NCBI GenBank assembly: GCA_963790825.1
Contig: CAWBPM010000002.1
Span: forward strand, 231,159 to 295,158
DNA length: 64,000 bases
From: Candidatus Levyibacteriota bacterium
Lineage (GTDB): Bacteria > Patescibacteriota > Microgenomatia > Levybacterales > UBA12049
Reading direction: 5' to 3'
In this document: positions 35,646 through 45,637 of the stretch, one piece after another
Numbering within the stretch: the stretch's first letter is position 1
How the letters are laid out: each line of letters starts with the position of its first letter
Notes under the pieces: model-generated
Seen by the model: the letters and a program-made list of their open reading frames with translations, nothing else
Database searches by the model: none
What the model was told of the DNA's origin: nothing
Made by a program: the position numbers and the translations under genes

Positions 35646-35719
35646 TACGCCTGGAGGGACTTGAACCCCCGACCCCTTCGTCCGAAGCGAAGTGCTCTAA
35701 TCCGCTGAGCTACAGGCGC
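35646..35719 (-). tRNA. tRNA-Arg (anticodon TCG)
   Basis: Manual cloverleaf: GCGCCUG acceptor with G1-U72 wobble, GCTCAGCGGATTAGAGC D-arm, anticodon loop CUUCGGA, GGGTTCAAGTCCC T-arm. Confidence 0.8.
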
Positions 35720-35819
35720 GAATGGAAACACCTGTTATTTTATAGTAATCAGGAGAGAAACTCAAATTGAGTAATGAATAAGTCACGATACATATTGGAA
35801 TCTTAAGGAAGAAGATTCT

Positions 35820-36848
35820 ATGCCAAGTGATTTTAAACGAGTAAGACATTTACGACCAAAATACTCACAAAAGAGCTATCATATACTGATGAAAATGCTC
35901 CAGAATTCATTAGCAGTTGAAGTATCCGATGTAGCTGCTTTTCGCCTTCACGTGATTAATCACTACTACAAGTATGGACTGCGTCCAACCCTTGCTGCAT
36001 TCAAAATAAAGAAGAGCAGCTTATACAACTGGAGAAATGCTTATGAACACAACGGAAAAAGGACAATCAGTTTAGTGCCACACGGAACTAGACCTCTCCA
36101 TGTGCGAAAGATGGAGACAGACTGGAGAATAATTGAGTTCATTAGAGAGATGAGGCATGAGCATGGGAATATTGGTAAAAGTATGCTCAAGCCCTTTGTT
36201 GATGCGTATGCCAAAGAGCTGGGTATTAAGACCTTGGCAGAAAGTACTATTGGGAAAGTACTTAAAAGACGTCACTTAACATTTGAGAAGAAAGTCTACC
36301 CACAGAAACAAAAAAACAAGTTCAAAAAGCTAAGAGTGAGAAAGTCTCCTAAGGTAGTTTCTCCTGGATTTATTGAGATGGATTCAGTAGTTGTCTATAT
36401 CAATTTTGAGAAACATTTGTTTATGTGTGTGATTGATATTTACACAAAATTTGCCTTAGTTGTATATGTACCGGATCTCTCCTCAGTAACAGCAAGAGAG
36501 GTTTTTAAGCAGTTCCAGTGCAATAATCCAACACCGATTCATACAATCCAAACAGATAATGGATCAGAGTTTCTCAAATCATTCCATGAGTATATAGTTG
36601 AACAGAAAATTAAACATCAATTTATCTATCCCAGAATGCCAAAGATTAATAGTTACATTGAGAGATTCAATCGGACAATCCAGGAGGAATTCATTTTAAG
36701 AAATGACGAGATTTACTATGACTCAGAAGCATTTGCAAAAAAGCTCACAAAGTATTTATACTGGTATAACTATAAGAGGCCACATGCTTCGCTTAAATAT
36801 ATGTCGCCTATGTCCTTTATACAAGCCAAGATTCCAATAAGTGCGTGA
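35820..36848 (+). mobile_element. IS481-family-like DDE transposase (rve integrase core) ORF; IS ends not resolved
   Basis: N-terminal HTH-like region. DDE core with QTDNGSEF and YNYKRPHASL motifs. Single about 340-aa ORF is typical of IS481. Flanking inverted repeats could not be identified by eye. Confidence 0.75.
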
Positions 36849-36896
36849 CGCATACAAGTAAATGAAGTAATAAATATTTCTGCTATACTAAATTTA

Positions 36897-37943
36897 ATGT
36901 CAAAAATTTTTCATTTCCTCACTCATCATAAGAAACTTTCATTGGTTGCCCTCATTATTATCTTACTAATCGGCTTTCTGCTTTGGCCAAAGCCTGCCAA
37001 ACCTGTTTTAACGGAAAGTGCCAGTGTCCAAAACATTGAGAAAACAGTTTCCGTAACCGGAAATATTGAGGCTGACAATACGGTTAATCTGTCTTTTCAA
37101 ATTCCGGGAACTCTGATTTATTTGGCTGCTAAACTAAATGATACTGTCAAAGCGAACCAGGAAATTGCCGGCCTGGATCAACGAATTGCTCAGAAAAATC
37201 TTCAAACGGCGCTACTCACTTATTCGGGACAACGAAATACATTTGATCAAACCATCTACAATAATGGCGGTACTGCAAATCCGGTAGATGCAGTAAATGA
37301 CAGTCTCAAACGAGTTTTACAAGATAACCAATATGATTTAAATAAGGCTGTTGCCTCAGTAGAGCTCCAGGATCTGGTAAGACAGGAATCAGTTCTTACT
37401 ACTCCGATCTCAGGAATCGTAACCAGAGCAGACGCTAGTACTGCGGGAGTAAACGTAACGCCGGCTACAGTCTTTACAATTACCGATCCTAACTCCTTAA
37501 ATTTTAAAATGGAGGTTGACGAAGCAGATATCGGACAGGTAGCGCCGGGGCAAAAAGTTTCTGTGTCACTCGATGCATTTCCCAACGACTCATTGAGTTT
37601 AACGGTCAATAAAATAGATTTTGTCAGTCATACGACAACGTCCGGCGGTGATGCATTCTATGTCCAGGCAAAACTGCCAACCGACAAAAACTATCGTGTA
37701 GGGATGAGCGGTAACGCGGATATCATCGTTGCTTCCAAAAAACAGGTATTGACTATACCTGAATCAAGTATTTTTGACGACACTTACGTTTATCTAAAAA
37801 GCAATAAGAGTTATGTAAAACGGAAAGTTGGCTTAGGTCTGCAAAGCGACACTCTGTCGGAAGTAACCTCAGGTTTATCAAGCGGAGACATTGTTGCTGT
37901 CGACCCAAGCTCTGTCCCGCAAAGTTTGATAGTGAAACAGTAA
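36897..37943 (+). CDS. HlyD/MacA-family periplasmic adaptor (membrane fusion protein)
   Basis: N-terminal TM, coiled-coil region and beta-barrel. Operon with the ABC ATPase and FtsX permease. Confidence 0.7.
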   Translation: MSKIFHFLTHHKKLSLVALIIILLIGFLLWPKPAKPVLTESASVQNIEKTVSVTGNIEADNTVNLSFQIPGTLIYLAAKLNDTVKANQEIAGLDQRIAQKNLQTALLTYSGQRNTFDQTIYNNGGTANPVDAVNDSLKRVLQDNQYDLNKAVASVELQDLVRQESVLTTPISGIVTRADASTAGVNVTPATVFTITDPNSLNFKMEVDEADIGQVAPGQKVSVSLDAFPNDSLSLTVNKIDFVSHTTTSGGDAFYVQAKLPTDKNYRVGMSGNADIIVASKKQVLTIPESSIFDDTYVYLKSNKSYVKRKVGLGLQSDTLSEVTSGLSSGDIVAVDPSSVPQSLIVKQ

Positions 37944-37951
37944 TTTACCGC

Positions 37952-38638
37952 ATGAAAACAGACGACGCGATTATAAAAATGACCAACGTAGTTAAAACGT
38001 ATAAATCCGACGAACTTGAAACTACGGTACTTTCGAATATCAATCTCTCGGTACAACGAAAAGAATTCTTAGCAATTACCGGCAGATCGGGTTCCGGTAA
38101 GTCTACACTCATGCACATCATAGGACTTCTCGATACTCCGACTTCGGGAACCTACGTTCTGAACGGCACTGACGTTTCAAAACTGAAAGAGGACCAATTA
38201 TCTTTTCAACGAAATAGGGAGATTGGCTTTGTTTTTCAATCATTTAATTTATTGCAGCGATCATCGGCTCTGGAAAACGTTATTTTACCTTCAATTTATG
38301 CAGGCATGAAAAAGCAGGAACGAACAAAACGTGCTTCGGAACTATTGAAACAATTTGGTCTGGAAGATCATATGTATAAACGTCCCAATCAGATGTCCGG
38401 CGGGCAGCAGCAACGGATTGCAATTGCCAGAGCCTTGATGAATAATCCCGAGATAATTCTAGCCGATGAGCCGACAGGAAATTTAGATTCTGCGTCCGGA
38501 GAGGACGTTATAAATACGCTTATAGAACTTAACAAAAACGGTAAGACAATTATTCTGATAACCCATGATCACGATATCGCCAAAAGGGCAGAGCGAATAG
38601 TATCGCTTGTTGATGGAGTTATTACAAAAATAGTATGA
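37952..38638 (+). CDS. ABC transporter ATP-binding protein (MacB/LolD type)
   Basis: Walker A GRSGSGKST, signature LSGGQQQR, Walker B ILADEPTGNLD. Confidence 0.85.
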   Translation: MKTDDAIIKMTNVVKTYKSDELETTVLSNINLSVQRKEFLAITGRSGSGKSTLMHIIGLLDTPTSGTYVLNGTDVSKLKEDQLSFQRNREIGFVFQSFNLLQRSSALENVILPSIYAGMKKQERTKRASELLKQFGLEDHMYKRPNQMSGGQQQRIAIARALMNNPEIILADEPTGNLDSASGEDVINTLIELNKNGKTIILITHDHDIAKRAERIVSLVDGVITKIV

Positions 38639-39816
38639 GCTTTACAGAATTATTTATTCTTGCCTGGAGAGCGATTTTTGCCAATAAATTGCGCAGTTTT
38701 TTAACCACACTGGGTATCATCATCGGTGTATTTTCTATTATTCTTTTAGTTTCTATCGGTTCGGGACTGCAAAGTTATATCACTAATGAAATATCATCCT
38801 TAGGGTCAAATATTATCGATGTCCTGCCGGGGAGCGGAGGATTATCAAGCGGTGTGTCAAATAAATTGACGATTCAATACGCAAAAAACATCGAGAGAAG
38901 ATTAATTGCAACCGCGAAAGTAGCACCGGTCATCAGACAATTTGATAATTTTAAATATAACACAATTGAGGATAAAAACACTATTGTCGTAGGTGTTTCA
39001 TCCGTTTATCCGCAAGTGGTGACCAGTACGACATTGTCTCAAGGCAATTTTTTTACCGCCGGACAGGAGAGATCGGGTGCCAATGTGGTTGTTATCGGGC
39101 AAACGGTTTATACAAAATTTTTCAACGGAGAAAGTGCCTTAGGAAAGAGAATATTTATCGGCAATAAAAGGTATACCGTTGTGGGCGTTGCGAGTAAACA
39201 GGGGTCTTTTCTGGGAGTTGACAGGGATAATCTTGCTTATATTTCGATCGAGTCAGCACACGAGTTATTTGGCATCAACTCTGTTACGGAAATAGCAGTT
39301 TCAGCTAACAGCCCGGATCTAGTTCCCATCGTTATCAGACAAATAAAGCAGACCTTGCTTAAAAACTTAACCAGTGATGATTTTACGGTTGAAACGGCAG
39401 ATACTCTTTCTTCGACTATTTCAAATGTCACCAATATGCTCTCCCTGGCACTTGGAGGTATTGCAGCTATATCACTTTTGGTCGGCGGAATCGGTGTTGC
39501 AAACATCATGCTTGTCTCAGTTACCGAAAGAACCAAAGAAATAGGACTCAGGAAAGCACTGGGCGCCAGGCGCAGTGATATTCTCAGTCAGTTCCTACTT
39601 GAAGCAGTCATGATTTCGGTATTCGGCGGTGTTATCGGCATAATTCTGGGAATGGGCGCATCCTATATCGTTGCGATATTATTAGTTTCCCAGGTAACCT
39701 GGTGGTCTGTAGGGCTGGCATTTGTGTTCTCAGTTAGCGTAGGCGTCATCTTCGGCATAACACCTGCAATTCGCGCTTCACGCCTTTCACCGATTGAGGC
39801 GCTCCGCTACGAATGA
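38635..39816 (+). CDS. ABC transporter permease, FtsX/MacB family
   Basis: TM1, a large periplasmic domain, then three C-terminal TM helices. 4-nt overlap with the ATPase gene. Confidence 0.8.
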   Translation: MSFTELFILAWRAIFANKLRSFLTTLGIIIGVFSIILLVSIGSGLQSYITNEISSLGSNIIDVLPGSGGLSSGVSNKLTIQYAKNIERRLIATAKVAPVIRQFDNFKYNTIEDKNTIVVGVSSVYPQVVTSTTLSQGNFFTAGQERSGANVVVIGQTVYTKFFNGESALGKRIFIGNKRYTVVGVASKQGSFLGVDRDNLAYISIESAHELFGINSVTEIAVSANSPDLVPIVIRQIKQTLLKNLTSDDFTVETADTLSSTISNVTNMLSLALGGIAAISLLVGGIGVANIMLVSVTERTKEIGLRKALGARRSDILSQFLLEAVMISVFGGVIGIILGMGASYIVAILLVSQVTWWSVGLAFVFSVSVGVIFGITPAIRASRLSPIEALRYE

Positions 39817-39828
39817 CATGTTGGTGAT

Positions 39829-40623
39829 TTACTGGATAGGAATGTTGACAAACGGTACCCCATTTGTTGCGTTGGGTAATTTACCGTCCCATTTTTGAAC
39901 TGCCAGGAATTGTAAATACTCAGGAGTCAGACTCCCGCTATTTTTCAATTCTGCCTGTGCTTGCGCTTGGCCTGTTGCCTGGGTTACTGCAGTAGCAGCC
40001 TCAATCTTCGCTTTTTCTAAATTTTGCTGGGCAACTTGTTTCTGCTCGATTGCCTGATTGAACTCGGCTGAGAATTCAAAATTAACTATATTAAAATTAT
40101 CAACAATAATCGAGTATTTCGCAAGTCGTTTTGTCAATAAGTCCTGGGCTTGTTGTCTGAGTAACTCGCGTTTACTGATTAACTCCTCGGCTGTGTATTT
40201 AGCCGTAATCGACTTAAAAGCTTCCTGAATTGCCGGAGCGACTACAATGTCTTGGTAATCAACACCGATATTCTGATAGACCCAAACGGCTCGTGACCCT
40301 TCTAAATGGTAATTAACCGCAATCGTTGAAGAAACGGTTTGTAAGTCCCGGGATGCTGAGGTAGCGTCTACCTGATCTTTCTGGGTCTGCGTATTCATCT
40401 GTGTAATTGCCTCAACAATAGGCATCTTCAGCGCAATTCCCGGGTAAACTACTCTATTAACTGCACCAAAGCGCGTTACTACGCCTACGTTACCTGCCCG
40501 GATAAATCTGAATGCGTCAAAAAGCGTAATCAGAAATAAAAGCACAACGACGCCGCCTATAATGAGTGTTATTTTAGTCTTCATTTTTTCATGAACAGAC
40601 CCTATTATACTCCTTCTATGCAA
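39829..40623 (-). CDS. SPFH/band-7 (prohibitin/HflC-like) membrane protein
   Basis: N-terminal TM. RAGNVGVVTRFG SPFH start motif. C-terminal coiled coil. The start may be the internal MKTKI. Confidence 0.75.
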   Translation of the reverse strand: MHRRSIIGSVHEKMKTKITLIIGGVVVLLFLITLFDAFRFIRAGNVGVVTRFGAVNRVVYPGIALKMPIVEAITQMNTQTQKDQVDATSASRDLQTVSSTIAVNYHLEGSRAVWVYQNIGVDYQDIVVAPAIQEAFKSITAKYTAEELISKRELLRQQAQDLLTKRLAKYSIIVDNFNIVNFEFSAEFNQAIEQKQVAQQNLEKAKIEAATAVTQATGQAQAQAELKNSGSLTPEYLQFLAVQKWDGKLPNATNGVPFVNIPIQ

Positions 40624-40746
40624 ATAACCGAAGAGCGGTCTTAGCTTTATAATGCATTACTGCGGAGGAGAACACACAGACAGTTTTTTGGTAAAACAGG
40701 CTGTTTCTGCTACAATTAAAGACAGAGAAAACACTTTTTTTACGTT

Positions 40747-41367
40747 ATGCTGGAGAAGATTAAGCTATTTTTTAAAAAAATAATCATAAAGTCTAAGAAG
40801 ATTCCCGATCAAAAACAGTATATTGAATTTATAACTGCGCTACTCTCCATACCGGTACTCTTAACCGTTATTTTGTTAAATTACAATAATTTAAACGGTC
40901 AAAAGCAGGCCGTCAAAACAACTAGTATCCAGCCTACGCCAAAAATAATCTACGTTTCTCCCGATACAAATAGTTCCGGAGTGACTGCGCCGCCTATTAG
41001 TCCCACAACGACTATAACCCCATGCAGAGCGGGAATCGGAAACATTACAATCGCCAGTCCGGATGAGGGGGAAACGGTTAGTGATAATCCGGTTAGTATT
41101 GATATCGAGTATACACCCGGGGATTATTGTTCCGTTGTCTGGTCATACAGTGTCAATGGAGGCAATTGGTCCGATTATAACAACCAATCGGTCAGTCTCT
41201 ATAATTTACCGACGGGAAATATTCTTTTTGATCTTCGCGTGAAGAGTCTTGTTTCCAGCGATTCAATGGTACTGCAGAGAAAATTTATTTACGCAAGTAG
41301 CAGTATTGTTGTAACTCCTACTCCAACTTCCCAGACTAGCGCAAACGCCACGTCATCTGCCCATTAA
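40747..41367 (+). CDS. Hypothetical membrane-anchored extracellular protein with Ser/Thr/Pro-rich tail
   Basis: TM helix near the N-terminus. No recognisable motif. Confidence 0.4.
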   Translation: MLEKIKLFFKKIIIKSKKIPDQKQYIEFITALLSIPVLLTVILLNYNNLNGQKQAVKTTSIQPTPKIIYVSPDTNSSGVTAPPISPTTTITPCRAGIGNITIASPDEGETVSDNPVSIDIEYTPGDYCSVVWSYSVNGGNWSDYNNQSVSLYNLPTGNILFDLRVKSLVSSDSMVLQRKFIYASSSIVVTPTPTSQTSANATSSAH

Positions 41368-41379
41368 TAAGTTGCGTTC

Positions 41380-42405
41380 ATGAATAAAATATTTGTACTT
41401 GTTTTTTTATTATTCTTACTTCTGCTAATAACATTGTTATTTCTTAATAAATCTTCAACAAGGGTTGAAAAAACAGCGAGCAGAATACAAACAACCGGTA
41501 CCAATCCGCTTATGATCTCTCAAATGAGAAAGCGCTCATATCCCGGAAGTCCTATTATAAAAGAGCAGACACTGCCGCCTAACGATAACTATAATTCTTA
41601 TATCGCGTCGTATAAATCGGACGGCTTAAAAATCTACGCCCTCCTGACTGTTCCAATCGGAGTAAAACCTAAAAATGGCTGGCCGGTGATTCTTTTTAAT
41701 CACGGCTATATTCCACCGACTCAGTACCGGACAAGGGAAAGATACGTTGCCTACGTAGATGCGTTTGCGAAGAACGGTTACATTGTTTTTAAACCCGATT
41801 ACCGGGGAAACGGCAGCTCGGAGGGTAAACCCGAAGGTGCATACTATTCTCCGGCCTATACGGTTGATGATTTAAATGCCCTGAGTTCCCTAAGGCGGTA
41901 TAAAGATGTTAATCCGAATAAAATCGGTGTTTGGGGACATTCAATGGGCGGAAACATAACGCTTAGGGACCTGGTAGTAGAACCGAAATGGATACAAGCG
42001 GCTGTGATTTGGGGAGGTGTTGTCGGCTCATACAAAGATTTACTCAGTTGGCATGATCCGACCTATCATCCGTCGGGCGGGGAGGGAATTTTGCGGGTCC
42101 GAACCCATTCACAGTTGAGTAAGCAATACGGTACTCCCGATACAAATCCCGCGTTTTGGCACTCAATCGATCCGACTTATAATCTAGCCGATATTTCAGC
42201 TCCGATTCAGTTGCACCATGGAGAATCCGATATAGAGGTTCCATTAGAATTTTCTTTTTCTCTGTATGATAAACTCAAAAAAGCAGGAAAAACTGTGGAA
42301 TTTTATAGCTATCCGGGCGCAGATCACAATATCTCAGATCCGAGTTTTTCCTTGGCCATAGAGCGTTCAATCAGCTTTTTTAATAAATACTTAAAAAACA
42401 AATGA
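41380..42405 (+). CDS. Alpha/beta-hydrolase (S9 prolyl-oligopeptidase/esterase-type catalytic domain)
   Basis: GVWGHSMGG nucleophile elbow, HHGESD and GADHNI (Asp/His of the triad). Signal peptide present. Confidence 0.7.
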   Translation: MNKIFVLVFLLFLLLLITLLFLNKSSTRVEKTASRIQTTGTNPLMISQMRKRSYPGSPIIKEQTLPPNDNYNSYIASYKSDGLKIYALLTVPIGVKPKNGWPVILFNHGYIPPTQYRTRERYVAYVDAFAKNGYIVFKPDYRGNGSSEGKPEGAYYSPAYTVDDLNALSSLRRYKDVNPNKIGVWGHSMGGNITLRDLVVEPKWIQAAVIWGGVVGSYKDLLSWHDPTYHPSGGEGILRVRTHSQLSKQYGTPDTNPAFWHSIDPTYNLADISAPIQLHHGESDIEVPLEFSFSLYDKLKKAGKTVEFYSYPGADHNISDPSFSLAIERSISFFNKYLKNK

Positions 42406-44771
42406 AAACTAATTTAGGGCAACTATTAAAATTATTCCTCGGCTGGCCGCTGTCCGCGGTTGCGCTTTTTTTTATCGGAAAATCTCTTTTTACCCAGACG
42501 CGGCAAATCCAAAGTCTGATCCACCCGCTAAATTTCTTTTTTCTTCTCTTGGGCATTTTCGCTTTTTTGGGATATTTCTTACTTCGGGGTTATATCTGGC
42601 ATAAAATTATGCGTTTTACAGGCTACAGTCTGTCTGTGAAAGATACGCTGCTGCTTTGGCAAAAATCCGAGATGAAGCGCTATGTGCCGGGAAATATTTG
42701 GTCATATTTAGGCAGAATATTTCAGTTTGCAGAAGTCGGCGTAAAGAAAAAAGATGTGAGCAGCGGACTGCTGCTTGAGGTAGAGCTCCTGGTTTTGGGA
42801 AGTGCTATTGCCTCGCTTCTTTCCCTGCCATTTATTTTTCATTACCTAACTTTTAATAAGTCCACGGCTTCTGCCTTTAATCTTCTTGTTTACGGGTTTA
42901 TTTTACTGCTTTCACTATTTTTCCTATTTCAAAAGTTTCTGGTAAATCGCATCCCGCATAAAAATATTTTTACGCGTTTTCTTATTTCACCATTTGACCC
43001 GGCTTTACAAATCGAACTTCTCATCTACAGCACAATTTCTTTTCTTTTTTACGGCTTCGGTTATTTTTTCACAATACTTTCCCTTGAGTCTCTTCCGATT
43101 CAACTAACGCTGCAGCTGGTGGGCTTTTTCACTCTCGCGTATCTGATCGGCTATCTTTCTTTCATTACTCCGACCGGTTTGGGGGTTAGGGAAGGAGTAA
43201 TTACTTTCGGATTGTCTAAAATTACCTCACTTTCTAATGCAGGTTTTTTATCTATATTCTCACGCATTATTCTTATTCTTGCCGAGCTAATTTTTCTGGC
43301 AGGTCTATACCTCTGGGTTAAAGTTAAAAATAATTATGTCGCAGCCTTTGAACGTTTTTTAGTTAAATATAAATATGCAGTCGTGCTTATCTGTTTTATG
43401 GTTATTTATTGTATTTATTTTACCACCGCCTCTTTTCTCAGATACGATAATTACTATACCGGCAGATTTGACCTGGGGAACATGGCGCAGACTGTCTGGA
43501 ATACAATGCAGGGAAGAATCTTTCAAATAACCGATCCGAACGGCACTGCCAGTATTTCCCGTCTGGCCACACATGCTGATTTTATCCTCGCGTTTTTGAC
43601 TCCTTTTTATTTTATTTGGGCAAGTCCTAAGATGCTTCTTTTGCTCCAAACACTCATTCTGTCTTTTGGGGCGGTATTTGTCTATCTGCTGGCTAAAAAA
43701 ATCATAAAAAATAATTTGCTTTCTTTAGTTTTTGCTCTGCTTTTTCTGCTTAACCCCAGTGTCGAGCGTACGAATCTCTATGAGTTTCACGCAGTTACTT
43801 TGGCGACAACTTTTCTACTGGGGGCATTTTATTATCTCTTCACTAAGCGCTACCTATTCTTTGCTATTTTTTCTCTTCTTGCAGCAATAACCAAAGAAGA
43901 AGTATGGATAATTATCGGGTTGTTTGGACTTTATATGTCTTATCTGAATAAAAAATGGCTTGTCGGAGTAGCTGTCAGCGTTTTTTGCTTTGCGATATTT
44001 TACTTTCTTATTTCAATTGCTATTCCCGCTGTTTTAGGGTCTCAGCATTTCGCTCTCGCATATTATTCCGATTATGGAGATAAACCGTCGTTAATAATTA
44101 AAAACATTGTTCTTTCGCCGAACAAAATATTGACAACCATTCTTCTCCCCAACAGGCTTGTCTATTTGGTGAAAATCTTTTCTCCGCTCGGGTTTTTATC
44201 CTTGTTTTCTCCGCTCTTTCTTGTTTTTGCTCTGCCGGATTTACTCATTGATTTACTGAGCAACAATCCGCAGCTCTATCAAATTTATTATCAGTATACT
44301 GCCACAATTACTCCGTTTATTTTTATTTCGGCAATCTACACTGTGGGAAAACTGAGAAAACTTTTTGTGTCTGTTCCCGGTTCTTTGTATATACTGCTTC
44401 TTTTGTTCAGCGGGTTTACAACTTCTTATGCTTATGGTCCGCTGCCCTGGGCGAAAGATCCGAATATTGATATGTTTATAAAGCCTCTGGCGAACAGGGA
44501 AGTTGTTGACAAATTTATCTCTGAAATTCCCCCGCAGTATAGCGTCAGTGCCAGTAACAATATCGGCTCTCACCTGTCCGACCGGCAGAATATTTATACA
44601 ATTCCATATGGCATCGATAAGGCAGACTATATCGCCCTTTTGAACGATCCTACCACGCCGCAGCTGACAGGAACACAAAAAGATTTAATTAAAAAGCTTA
44701 AGGCAGATCCCGGGTATTCTCTCATAATTCAGAAAAATGATTTTGTCGTGTTTAAAAAGAAAAATATTTAA
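42402..44771 (+). CDS. Large polytopic membrane protein: N-terminal flippase-like (UPF0104/LPG-synthase-TM-like) region plus C-terminal DUF2079-like membrane domain
   Basis: More than 15 TM helices. The GRFDLGNMAQTVWN motif resembles DUF2079. Assignment is tentative. Confidence 0.4.
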   Translation: MKTNLGQLLKLFLGWPLSAVALFFIGKSLFTQTRQIQSLIHPLNFFFLLLGIFAFLGYFLLRGYIWHKIMRFTGYSLSVKDTLLLWQKSEMKRYVPGNIWSYLGRIFQFAEVGVKKKDVSSGLLLEVELLVLGSAIASLLSLPFIFHYLTFNKSTASAFNLLVYGFILLLSLFFLFQKFLVNRIPHKNIFTRFLISPFDPALQIELLIYSTISFLFYGFGYFFTILSLESLPIQLTLQLVGFFTLAYLIGYLSFITPTGLGVREGVITFGLSKITSLSNAGFLSIFSRIILILAELIFLAGLYLWVKVKNNYVAAFERFLVKYKYAVVLICFMVIYCIYFTTASFLRYDNYYTGRFDLGNMAQTVWNTMQGRIFQITDPNGTASISRLATHADFILAFLTPFYFIWASPKMLLLLQTLILSFGAVFVYLLAKKIIKNNLLSLVFALLFLLNPSVERTNLYEFHAVTLATTFLLGAFYYLFTKRYLFFAIFSLLAAITKEEVWIIIGLFGLYMSYLNKKWLVGVAVSVFCFAIFYFLISIAIPAVLGSQHFALAYYSDYGDKPSLIIKNIVLSPNKILTTILLPNRLVYLVKIFSPLGFLSLFSPLFLVFALPDLLIDLLSNNPQLYQIYYQYTATITPFIFISAIYTVGKLRKLFVSVPGSLYILLLLFSGFTTSYAYGPLPWAKDPNIDMFIKPLANREVVDKFISEIPPQYSVSASNNIGSHLSDRQNIYTIPYGIDKADYIALLNDPTTPQLTGTQKDLIKKLKADPGYSLIIQKNDFVVFKKKNI

Positions 44772-44785
44772 GCTATGATACATAT

Positions 44786-45604
44786 ATGATTCGCGTTACG
44801 AAAGCAAATGGTGATATTGAGCCGTTCAGCCGGGAAAAAGTTCTTGATTCAATCCGGCGCGCGGGAGTTCCTAGGAAAATGGAGGGCGCCATACTTTCAC
44901 ATATTGAAAGTAACCTCTACGATACGATACCGACATTTGAAATATACCAGTATATCAGTGAATTTTTAGGAAAGTCTGACCAACCGTATCATAAGGCTAG
45001 ATATAGTCTGAAACAATCGATTATGCTGCTCGGTCCCAGCGGTTATCCGTTCGAAGATTTCGTTTCACGCATATTGGAAGTACACGGTTACGAGACTAAA
45101 GTCCGCCAAATCATGATGGGAAAATGCGTCAGTCATGAAATTGATGTGGTAGCCCGGAAAGATAATAAAACCAGTATGATTGAGGCGAAATTCCACAATA
45201 ATCCCGGTAACCGCTCGGACCTGCATGTCGTGCTGTATACCAAAGCCAGGTTTGACGACGTTAAAGACAAGAATAATTTTACTGACGGCTGGCTTGTGAC
45301 CAATACAAAAACTACTTCCGATGCCATTACTTACGCGCAGTGTACCGGTATGAGGGTAATCAGCTGGAGTTATCCTACTCCCGGAAGTCTTCGCGATTTA
45401 ATTGAAGAAGCAGGTCTTCATCCGATTACCATTCTTACCTCACTTTCCCAGTCACAAAAAATAACACTTTTGCAAAACCATGTTATTATGTGTAAAGACA
45501 TCCAACGGAATCACAGCTTGCTTGACATATTATTCCTGTCTGATAGTCAAAAACAAAACGTTTTTTCCGAAGTGGCATTTATCTGCAAAAGTGAACGGGG
45601 TTGA
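44786..45604 (+). CDS. ATP-cone domain fused to a PD-(D/E)xK restriction-endonuclease-like (Mrr_cat-like) domain
   Basis: MIRVTKANGDIEPFSREKVLDSIRRAGV is the ATP-cone signature. EIDVV...MIEAKF is a D...EAK nuclease motif. Confidence 0.5.
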   Translation: MIRVTKANGDIEPFSREKVLDSIRRAGVPRKMEGAILSHIESNLYDTIPTFEIYQYISEFLGKSDQPYHKARYSLKQSIMLLGPSGYPFEDFVSRILEVHGYETKVRQIMMGKCVSHEIDVVARKDNKTSMIEAKFHNNPGNRSDLHVVLYTKARFDDVKDKNNFTDGWLVTNTKTTSDAITYAQCTGMRVISWSYPTPGSLRDLIEEAGLHPITILTSLSQSQKITLLQNHVIMCKDIQRNHSLLDILFLSDSQKQNVFSEVAFICKSERG

Positions 45605-45637
45605 TTTTTAGCTCGCACTTCTCTATAATCTGCACAA

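Noticed and set aside
35740-36900. Terminal inverted repeats of the IS481-like element
   Set aside because: Comparing the 100 nt flanks on each side of the transposase ORF, I could not find a convincing inverted repeat by eye, so the IS boundaries are left unstated.
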